Assembly: GCA_038214255.1 (NCBI GenBank)
Contig: JBBQRZ010000005.1
Coordinates: 49,289 to 113,288, forward strand
Source of the DNA: Candidatus Limnocylindrales bacterium
GTDB lineage: Bacteria > Chloroflexota > Limnocylindria > Limnocylindrales > CSP1-4
Reading direction: 5' to 3'
DNA: 64,000 nt
The translations under genes and the position numbers were made by a program. This document shows, piece by piece, positions 57,168 through 64,000 of the stretch. Under the pieces are notes generated by a model that was given only the letters and a program-made list of their open reading frames with translations, did not search any database and was not told the DNA's origin. Every line of letters begins with the position of its first letter. Positions within the stretch are counted from its first letter, which is position 1.

Positions 57168-60100
57168 ATGCTCGCCGCCGATCCGCTCGCGCCGTTCTCG
57201 CGCGCCGTGCGCGACTGGTTCGAGGCCAGTTTCGAGGCGCCGACCCAGGCCCAGGCCGAGGGCTGGGCCGCCATCGCCAAGGGCGAGCACACCCTCATCC
57301 ACGCCCCGACGGGGAGCGGCAAGACCCTGGCCGCGTTCCTCTACACGCTCGATCACCTCGCCGCGCATCCGAGCCCGCCGGCCCAGCGCGGGACACCCGG
57401 GACCGTTCGCGTCCTCTACATCTCGCCGCTCAAGGCGCTGACCTACGACGTGGAGCGCAACTTGCGAGCCCCACTGACGGGAATCGGCCTCGCGGCGCAA
57501 CGGCTGGGCGAGGCGGCGCCCAGCATCTCGGTCGCGAGCCGCACCGGCGACACCCCGACCGAGGACCGCCGCGAGATCGCCCGCCGGCCGCCGGACATCC
57601 TCATCACCACCCCCGAGAGCCTGTACCTGCTCCTGACAAGCCAGGTGCACGAGATCCTGCGTGGCGTCGAGTACGTCATCGTCGACGAGGTCCACGCGGT
57701 CGCCGGCACGAAGCGCGGCGCCCACCTCGCGCTGAGCCTCGAGCGGCTCGAACACCTCCGGGCGCCCGACGCGAAGCGCGCCCAGCGGATCGGCCTGTCG
57801 GCAACGCAGCGCCCGCTCGCCGCGATCGCGCGGTTCCTCGGCGGCGTCGGCTCGGACCGGGAGGTGACGATCGTCGATGCCGGGGCGCGCAAGCTGCTCG
57901 ATCTCCAGGTCGTCGTGCCGGTCGACGACATGGCCGCGATCGGGGAGCTCCTGCCGCCCGAGGACCAGCCCGGCGGCCCGGCGATCAGCCCGGACCTGCG
58001 GACGAGCATCTGGCCGGCCATCCACCCGCGGATCCTCGAGCTGATCCGCAGCCACCACAGCACGATCGTGTTCACGAACAGCCGCCGCCTCAGTGAGCGA
58101 CTCGCGCAGCGCCTCAACGAGCTGGCCGGCGAGGAGCTGGTCCGGGCGCACCACGGCAGCATCGCCCGCGAGCAGCGCCTCGAGATCGAGGAGGAGCTCA
58201 AGGCCGGCCGGATCCCCGCCCTGGTCGCGACGAGCTCCCTTGAGCTCGGCATCGACATGGGCGCGGTGGACCTCGTCATCCAGGTCGAATCACCGACGAG
58301 CGTCGCGCGCGGTCTCCAGCGGGTCGGCCGGGCCGGTCACCAGGTGGGCGCCCCGTCCAAGGGCGTCATCTTCCCGAAGTACCGCGGCGACCTGCTCGAG
58401 GTCGCGGTCGTGACCCGCCGGATGCACGAGGGCGCGATCGAGGCGACGCAGATCCCGCGCAATCCGCTCGACGTCCTCGCCCAGCAGATCGTGGCGATGA
58501 CCGTGATGGACCGCTGGACCGGGGAAGAGATCCTCGCGACGGTGACCCGGGCCGCGCCCTACGAGACCCTGACCCGGGAGGTGCTCGATGGCGTGCTCGG
58601 CATGCTGGCCGGCGCCTACCCATCGGACGAGTTCGCGGAGCTCAAGCCGCGTCTCGTCTGGGACCGCGTCACCGACTCGATCGAGGGTCGGCGCGACGCG
58701 CGGGTCGTGGCCGTGACGAGCGGCGGGACGATCCCGGATCGGGGCCTGTTCGGGGTGTTCATGGTCGGCGAGGCCGGCACTCCCGGTCGACGCGTCGGTG
58801 AGCTCGACGAGGAGATGGTCTACGAGCTGCGCGCCGGGATGCACGGCGACGTCGTCGTCCTGGGCGCCAGCAGCTGGCGGGTCGAGGAGATCACCCACGA
58901 CCGGGTCACGGTCAGCCCGGCGCCCGGGGTCCCGGGCAAGCTGCCGTTCTGGAAGGGCGACGCCATCGGGCGGCCGATCGAGCTCGGGCGCGCGCTCGGG
59001 GCCTTCGTCGGCGAGATCGAGGCCGACCTGGGCCGCGGTGCCAATGGTCGCAGTGTCGCCGCCGAGCGACTTCGCGAGCACCACGACCTCGACGAGCGAG
59101 CGGCCGAGAACCTGCTCGCCTACCTCGAGGACGAACGCGAGGTGACGGGCGCCCTGCCGACCGACAAGCGCATCGTCGTCGAGCGCTTCCGCGACGAGCT
59201 GGGCGACTGGCGCCTGACGCTCCTCACGCCGTTCGGCGGTCGCGTCCACGCCCCTTGGTCGATGGCGATCGAGGCCCGGCTGCAGGAGCGGCTCGGCATG
59301 GAGGTCCAGACGATCTGGTCGGACGACGGCATCGCGATCCGGATGCCCGAAGGCGACGCGACGCTCGATGGGGTGGAGGAGCTGCTGTTCCCCGACGCGG
59401 ACGACGTCGAGGACCTCGTCGTGGGCCAGGTCGCGAACTCCGCCCTCTTCGCCAGCCGCTTCCGCGAGAACGCTGCGCGGGCGCTGCTCCTGCCTCGCCG
59501 TCGGCCGGGAACGCGCACCCCGCTCTGGCAGCAGCGCCAGCGCGCCGCCGACCTGCTGGCGGTCGCGAGCCGGTACGGCAGCTTCCCGATCCTCGTCGAG
59601 ACGTACCGCGAGTGCCTCTCGGACGTGTTCGACCTGAGTGCCCTGCGCGAGATCCTCGCCGGCGTCTCCCGTCGCGAGATCGCCGTCCACAGCATCGAAA
59701 CCCCGCGGGCCAGCCCGTTTGCCAGCAGCCTGCTGTTCGACTACGTCGCGGCCTACATGTATGACGGCGACGCGCCGCTGGCCGAGCGACGGGCCGGGGC
59801 GCTCACGCTGGACCGGGACCTCCTGCGCGAGCTGCTCGGGCAGGAGGAGCTGCGCGAGCTGCTCGACCCCGACGCGCTCGCCGACCTGGAGCTGTCCCTC
59901 CAGGCGCTGGCCGACGACCGGCAGGCGACGACGATCGACCAGGTCCACGACCTCCTGCGGCGCCTCGGCGACCTGACCATGGCGGAGGTCGCGTCCCGGA
60001 CCGTGGGCGGGCCCGCCGTTGCCGATCCGTGGCTCCACGACCTCGAGTCCGGGCGCCGGGCCATCCGGGTCCGGATCGCCTCGGAGGAGCGCTGGATCGC

Positions 60101-61718
60101 GATCGAGGACGTCGCCCGGTTTCGCGATGGCGTCGGGGTGACGGCGCCGGTGGGGGTGCCGGCGGCATTCCTCGGCCCGGCGGCCGGCGCGCTCGAGAGC
60201 CTGCTCGCCCGGTTCGCGCGGACCCACGGCCCGTTCCTCACGCCGGAGCCCGCGCGACGCTGGGGCCTCCCGGCCGGCATCCTCGATGACGCGCTCGAGC
60301 GGCTTCTGGCGGCCGGTAGCCTCCTGCGCGGCGAGTTCCGGCCTGGCGGCGCCGAGCGCGAGTGGTGCGACCCCGACGTCCTGCGGCTCCTCCGGCGCCG
60401 GTCGCTGGCGCGCCTGCGGCGCGAGGTCGAGCCGGTCGACCCGGTCGCGCTCGCCCGGTTCCTGCCGGCCTGGCACGGCGTCGCCCCGGTCGTTGGGCCC
60501 GGGTCGGACGTCGCTGCATTCCGCGGACCGGCCGCCCTCGAGCGCCTGGCCGAGGTCGTCGACCAGCTGGCCGGCGTCGCGATCCCGGCGTCCGTCCTCG
60601 AGCGCGACGTGCTGCCCGCCCGCGTCCCCGGCTACAGCGCGCGCCTGCTTGATGAGCTCGGTGCGATGGGCGAGGTCGGCTGGGTCGGGCGGGGCACGCT
60701 GGGCCGCGACGATGGCCGGATCGCCCTCTTCCGCCCCGGCCGCGAGGTCCTCCGGCCCAGCGGCGCGCTCGACGGCGCCGCCCGGCCAAGTGACGATCGC
60801 CACGACCGGATCCGCGAGCATCTCGCCCAGCGCGGCGCGAGCTTCTACCGGGCGATCCACGCGGCGGCCGGTGGCGGGTCGGATCGCGAGATGCTCGACG
60901 CGCTCTGGGATCTCGTGTGGGCCGGCGAGGTGACCAACGACACGTTCGCGCCGCTCCGGGCCCTGCGCTGGAAACGACCCAGCGGAGGCGGGCCGCGCCG
61001 GCCGCGGGCAGGCCGCCTGACGTCGCTCGGGCCACCCGAGGCCGCCGGGCGCTGGTCGCTCGTCGAGCCGACGGTCGAGGCGACCAGCACCGAGCGGCTC
61101 CACGCCCACGCGCTGGCGCTGCTCGAACGGCACGGCATCGTGACCCGTGAGGCCGTGGCCGCCGAAGGCGTCGACGGCGGGTTCTCGGGCGTCTACCCGA
61201 TCCTGCGCGCCCTCGAGGAGGCCGGGCGGATCCGGCGCGGCTACTTCGTCGATGGGCTCGGGGCGGCGCAGTTCGCCCTCGCCGGCGCGCTCGATCGACT
61301 GCGCGCGGCGCGCGAGCCGGCGCCGTCGACGGTCGACCGGCCGGTCCACCTGCTCGCGGCCGCCGACCCGGCGAACCCGTACGGCGCCGCCCTGCCCTGG
61401 CCGCGCCGCGGCGACGACGATCGCCGGCCGTTCCAGCGGGCCGCCGGCGCCTATGTCGTGCTCGTCGATGGGACCGCGGCGCTGTACCTGGAACGAGGCG
61501 GCTCAACGCTGCAGACGCTGCCGGCGGCCGATGATCCCGAGATCGCGAACGCCGCGGTCCGCGGCCTCGGTTCCCTGATCGCGACCGGTCGTGCCCGCGA
61601 GCTCGTCGTCCGCAAGATCGACGGCGCTGCCATCGGGGAGTCGCCGATCCGCGACCGGCTCCTGGCCGCCGGCTTCGTTCACGGCTACCGCGGCCTGGTG
61701 CTGCGGGGAGCGCGCTGA
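57168..61718 (+). CDS. lhr: Lhr-family large ATP-dependent DNA helicase (1516 aa)
   Basis: Internal ATG of ORF 56823..61718. Motif I HAPTGSGKTLAAF, motif II VIVDEVHAV, GLSATQRP. The very long C-terminal extension is typical of Lhr. A TATACT -10-like box lies at 57144..57149. Confidence 0.9.
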   Translation: MLAADPLAPFSRAVRDWFEASFEAPTQAQAEGWAAIAKGEHTLIHAPTGSGKTLAAFLYTLDHLAAHPSPPAQRGTPGTVRVLYISPLKALTYDVERNLRAPLTGIGLAAQRLGEAAPSISVASRTGDTPTEDRREIARRPPDILITTPESLYLLLTSQVHEILRGVEYVIVDEVHAVAGTKRGAHLALSLERLEHLRAPDAKRAQRIGLSATQRPLAAIARFLGGVGSDREVTIVDAGARKLLDLQVVVPVDDMAAIGELLPPEDQPGGPAISPDLRTSIWPAIHPRILELIRSHHSTIVFTNSRRLSERLAQRLNELAGEELVRAHHGSIAREQRLEIEEELKAGRIPALVATSSLELGIDMGAVDLVIQVESPTSVARGLQRVGRAGHQVGAPSKGVIFPKYRGDLLEVAVVTRRMHEGAIEATQIPRNPLDVLAQQIVAMTVMDRWTGEEILATVTRAAPYETLTREVLDGVLGMLAGAYPSDEFAELKPRLVWDRVTDSIEGRRDARVVAVTSGGTIPDRGLFGVFMVGEAGTPGRRVGELDEEMVYELRAGMHGDVVVLGASSWRVEEITHDRVTVSPAPGVPGKLPFWKGDAIGRPIELGRALGAFVGEIEADLGRGANGRSVAAERLREHHDLDERAAENLLAYLEDEREVTGALPTDKRIVVERFRDELGDWRLTLLTPFGGRVHAPWSMAIEARLQERLGMEVQTIWSDDGIAIRMPEGDATLDGVEELLFPDADDVEDLVVGQVANSALFASRFRENAARALLLPRRRPGTRTPLWQQRQRAADLLAVASRYGSFPILVETYRECLSDVFDLSALREILAGVSRREIAVHSIETPRASPFASSLLFDYVAAYMYDGDAPLAERRAGALTLDRDLLRELLGQEELRELLDPDALADLELSLQALADDRQATTIDQVHDLLRRLGDLTMAEVASRTVGGPAVADPWLHDLESGRRAIRVRIASEERWIAIEDVARFRDGVGVTAPVGVPAAFLGPAAGALESLLARFARTHGPFLTPEPARRWGLPAGILDDALERLLAAGSLLRGEFRPGGAEREWCDPDVLRLLRRRSLARLRREVEPVDPVALARFLPAWHGVAPVVGPGSDVAAFRGPAALERLAEVVDQLAGVAIPASVLERDVLPARVPGYSARLLDELGAMGEVGWVGRGTLGRDDGRIALFRPGREVLRPSGALDGAARPSDDRHDRIREHLAQRGASFYRAIHAAAGGGSDREMLDALWDLVWAGEVTNDTFAPLRALRWKRPSGGGPRRPRAGRLTSLGPPEAAGRWSLVEPTVEATSTERLHAHALALLERHGIVTREAVAAEGVDGGFSGVYPILRALEEAGRIRRGYFVDGLGAAQFALAGALDRLRAAREPAPSTVDRPVHLLAAADPANPYGAALPWPRRGDDDRRPFQRAAGAYVVLVDGTAALYLERGGSTLQTLPAADDPEIANAAVRGLGSLIATGRARELVVRKIDGAAIGESPIRDRLLAAGFVHGYRGLVLRGAR

Positions 61719-61719
61719 G

Positions 61720-62541
61720 ATGCCCGAGGGCGACACGCTTCATCGGACCGCGGCCGGGCTCCGGCCGTATCTCATCGGCCGCGACGTGATCGCCGCTCGG
61801 GCGCAGGGCCCGGGCGCCGTGCCCCAGGTCCAACGGATCGTCGGCCGGCGGATCGACGAGGTCGAGGCGCAGGGCAAGAACCTGCTCGTCCGGTTCGACG
61901 GCGGGCTGGAGATCCGGACGCACCTGCGGATGAACGGCTCGTGGCACCGCTATCGACCCGGCGAGCGGTGGCGTCGACCGCCGGCGCGGGCCCGCCTCGT
62001 GATCGAGGTCGCGGGTTCCGTCGCGGTCTGCTTCGATGCGCCGGTCGTCGAGCTGTTCGAGCAGCGCGCCGAGCACCTCCATCCATCGCTCTCCAGGCTC
62101 GGGCCCGACGTGCTGGGTGCCGAGTTCGAAACCGCCGAGGCGCTCCGCCGGCTGCGCGACCCATCTCGCGCCGGGGTCGAGATCGGGGTTGCGCTGCTCG
62201 ACCAGCGGGCGCTCGCGGGAATCGGCAACGTCTACCAGAACGAGGTCCTCTGGCTCGACCGCGTCTCGCCGTTCGCCACCGTCGCGTCGCTCGATGATGA
62301 GGCGCTCGATCGTCTCGTCGCCACGGCTCGACGGCTCATGCTCGCCAACGTCGCCCCCCGCTCTGGTCCGGAACGGAGAACCACCACCGGCGATCGAGGG
62401 GTCACGGGGCCGCTGTATGTCTACGGTCGCGGCGGGCGGCCATGCCGGCGGTGTGGCACCCCGATAACGACCGCGCGTCAGGGCACGGACCTGCCGCGCA
62501 CGACCTACTGGTGCCCGACCTGTCAGGGACCGCAGCCGTGA
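61720..62541 (+). CDS. nei: Fpg/Nei-family DNA glycosylase (endonuclease VIII-like)
   Basis: N-terminal MPEGDT (Pro2/Glu3), an H2TH region, and the C-terminal zinc finger CRRCGTPI ... YWCPTC. It starts 1 nt after the lhr stop. Confidence 0.85.
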   Translation: MPEGDTLHRTAAGLRPYLIGRDVIAARAQGPGAVPQVQRIVGRRIDEVEAQGKNLLVRFDGGLEIRTHLRMNGSWHRYRPGERWRRPPARARLVIEVAGSVAVCFDAPVVELFEQRAEHLHPSLSRLGPDVLGAEFETAEALRRLRDPSRAGVEIGVALLDQRALAGIGNVYQNEVLWLDRVSPFATVASLDDEALDRLVATARRLMLANVAPRSGPERRTTTGDRGVTGPLYVYGRGGRPCRRCGTPITTARQGTDLPRTTYWCPTCQGPQP

Positions 62542-62828
62542 CCGACATCGACGTCGCCTGCGCTGCCGCCGCTGGCGGCTGGGGGTGCAGCGTGCGCGTC
62601 CGCGAGGACGGCGACTCGACGGAGCACGAGGTGACGGTCCGCGCCGCCGATTCGGCCGCCCATGGCCTCCGGAGCGTGGATGACGCCGAGCGCCTCGTCC
62701 ACGAGACCTTCAGGTTCCTGCTCGAGCGCGAGTCGAAGGACTCGATCCTGCACACCTTCGACCTCGACGTCGTCCCGCGGTACTTCCCGGAGTACGAGCG
62801 CGAGATCCGCCGGCGGCTCGGTCGCTGA
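62538..62828 (+). CDS. small hypothetical protein (96 aa) translationally coupled to nei
   Basis: GTG at 62538 in a GTGA overlap with the nei stop, frame of ORF 62442..62828. Composition is coding-like (ERLVHETFRFLLERESKDSILHTFDLDVVPRYFPEYEREIRRRL). Confidence 0.5.
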   Translation: MTDIDVACAAAAGGWGCSVRVREDGDSTEHEVTVRAADSAAHGLRSVDDAERLVHETFRFLLERESKDSILHTFDLDVVPRYFPEYEREIRRRLGR

Positions 62829-62867
62829 CCGGTACGGGGTCGTTCTCGGCGCGTATCATCCCGCCCG

Positions 62868-63587
62868 ATGTGTGAGCACTTCGTCGCCCGGGCGGCCAGG
62901 CCATTCCGGCTCGACGAGCTGTGGCCGTTCACCGCGAAGCTCGAGCGGTTCGGCATCGCCGGCTTCGGCTGGGGCGCGGCCTGGCTCGGCGACGACGGCC
63001 GGCTGCACAGCCATCGTGACGTGCGGGCGTTCTTCGACGACCGCGCTGGCCAGTCGCGCGTCGGGGCGGTCGAGACGACTGCGGCGCTCGTCCACCTCCG
63101 CCGGCCCTCGAAACTTTCGACGCTTCAGTTGCCCGACACCCAGCCGTTCGACGACCCGGCCGGCCGGTTCAGCTTCAGTCACAACGGTGACCTCCGCGAC
63201 TACCGGTCGCTGCGGCCGACCTACCGCGAGCAGGGCCGCATCCACGGCCGCGCCGACACCGAGGTCGGGGCGCGCTGGCTCGAGGACGCCTGGCGCCCCG
63301 ACGAGCCCGCCGCGCACCTGCTCTCGGCGTTGCACGATCGGTTTGGCGGCCAGGCCAATCTCGCCGTGCTGGCCGCCGACGGCACGCCCCACCACTACGC
63401 CGGCAATTGGGAGAACCCGGTCTTCGCCTTCCGCCTCGGGTCGATCGGGGTGGCGTCGACCGGCATCTACTCGCTCGATCGATCGCTCTTCCGGTTCGTG
63501 GCCCCGTCCGCGACGGACCGACGCCTGATCGGGCTGCGGGCCACAGTCACGCTCGGCCCAAACGGCGAGGCCTTGACCGCGGGGTAG
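62868..63587 (+). CDS. class II (Ntn-type) glutamine amidotransferase-like protein
   Basis: MCEHF places the nucleophile Cys2. GFGWG, HLRRPS ... TQPF and FSHNGDL are motifs of the GATase_4/6 (EgtC/YafJ-like) type. Confidence 0.7.
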   Translation: MCEHFVARAARPFRLDELWPFTAKLERFGIAGFGWGAAWLGDDGRLHSHRDVRAFFDDRAGQSRVGAVETTAALVHLRRPSKLSTLQLPDTQPFDDPAGRFSFSHNGDLRDYRSLRPTYREQGRIHGRADTEVGARWLEDAWRPDEPAAHLLSALHDRFGGQANLAVLAADGTPHHYAGNWENPVFAFRLGSIGVASTGIYSLDRSLFRFVAPSATDRRLIGLRATVTLGPNGEALTAG

Positions 63588-63678
63588 TATCCGGCCCAGG
63601 TACGAGCGGACCCGTCCGTCAACGGGAGGGCCTCAGGGGAGCTCACCGCCCGTCACCGCCCACGAGGGACAGCACCAC

Positions 63679-64000
63679 ATGTCGATCGACGCGAGCGGCC
63701 GGCCGACCGGCCTGCTGCCCAAACTCGAGCTGCTCCGGCTGTCGCTCTACTGGCTGGGCCTGTCCTCGATCTTCGCCGGCCTCAATGCCGTCCTCCAGGG
63801 ACGCCTCGTATTCGATCACCTCGTGCCGAACCCGGACGTGGCGGGTCGGACGCTGTTCCTGCTGACGATCGGCGGCGCCCTGATCGCCGTGATCGTGCAG
63901 CCGACGATCGGCTCGATCTCCGACTACACGATCTCCCGCTGGGGACGGCGCAAGCCCTACATCCTCATCGGCTCGATCCTCGACGTCGTCTTCCTCGTCG
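63679..64000 (+). CDS. MFS/GPH-type transporter (3' end outside the window)
   Basis: My own translation from the ATG at 63679: MSIDASGRPTGLLPKLELLRLSLYWLGLSSIFAG ... GSISDYTISRWGRRKPYILIGSILD. The D-x-x-x-x-R-x-G-R-R-K-P loop is typical of MFS/GPH carriers. Confidence 0.7.
   Translation, partial: MSIDASGRPTGLLPKLELLRLSLYWLGLSSIFAGLNAVLQGRLVFDHLVPNPDVAGRTLFLLTIGGALIAVIVQPTIGSISDYTISRWGRRKPYILIGSILDVVFLV

Noticed and set aside
58290-61349. A 1019-aa minus-strand ORF, plus similar long antisense ORFs (for example 1992..3947, 8341..9891, 20867..22270, 60238..62082, 46930..48975).
   Set aside because: These are shadow ORFs opposite or out of frame with clearly recognisable genes (lhr, M1 peptidase, FGGY kinase, xdh and others). 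Their translations are Arg/Pro/Gly/Asp-rich with no motifs, as expected from stop-codon scarcity in GC-rich sequence.

Overview
This is a very GC-rich (roughly 70% or more by eye), gene-dense chromosomal segment. Its gene content and codon style look like a high-GC Gram-positive (Actinomycetota-like) genome. I support about 58 protein-coding genes or gene relics. I saw no rRNA, tRNA, CRISPR array, transposase or integrase. Many neighbouring genes are joined by 4-nt ATGA/GTGA start-stop overlaps, so several long operons are likely.

Layout by region:
- 1-7.5 kb: housekeeping and accessory genes (FtsX-type permease, BioY, MpaB-like oxygenase, M1 peptidase, GlcD-like oxidase, TPR lipoprotein).
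- 7.5-12.6 kb: a SorC regulator, an FGGY kinase and a NitT/TauT-type ABC importer, forming one operon.
- 13.1-26.6 kb: a purine/urate catabolic supercluster. It holds guanine deaminase, a three-subunit xanthine dehydrogenase with an embedded 78-aa membrane micro-ORF, OHCU decarboxylase, uricase, HIU hydrolase, a hydantoinase-family amidohydrolase and a DUF3830-like protein. An XRE regulator, a D-aminoacylase-family enzyme and a degenerate GGDEF protein interrupt it.
- 26.7-32.7 kb: two divergent paralogous secreted S8 peptidases, one decayed by two frameshifts. They flank an orphan coiled-coil protein with a PD-(D/E)xK-like motif.
- 32.9-36.7 kb: Ku plus a PE-Lig-Pol LigD (NHEJ).
- 36.7-48.9 kb: a long minus-strand LacI-controlled inositol/sugar catabolism and ABC uptake operon. 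It has an internal consensus promoter and LacI operator, and an IolG-like gene interrupted by an in-frame TAA. Two predicted cysteine-peptidase-fold proteins sit upstream.
- 49-52.3 kb: a YyaL-like thioredoxin-domain protein and a Nudix-MBL fusion.
- 52.3-52.85 kb: a lower-GC islet with a frameshifted orphan ORF.
- 52.85-54.1 kb: a Mug-like glycosylase (frameshifted), TatA and DUF3052.
- 54.1-56.5 kb: an HDAC-family deacetylase fused to a GNAT-like tail, coupled to a Cys-rich protein.
- 56.5-57.1 kb: a truncated, frameshifted OmpR-type response-regulator relic.
- 57.2-62.8 kb: lhr, nei and a small ORF.
- 62.9-64 kb: a class II amidotransferase and a partial MFS transporter.

A recurring theme is single-nucleotide frame disruption at five or more loci. 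This is either real gene decay or assembly indel error.

All functional calls come from motif and architecture recognition by eye. No database search was run.
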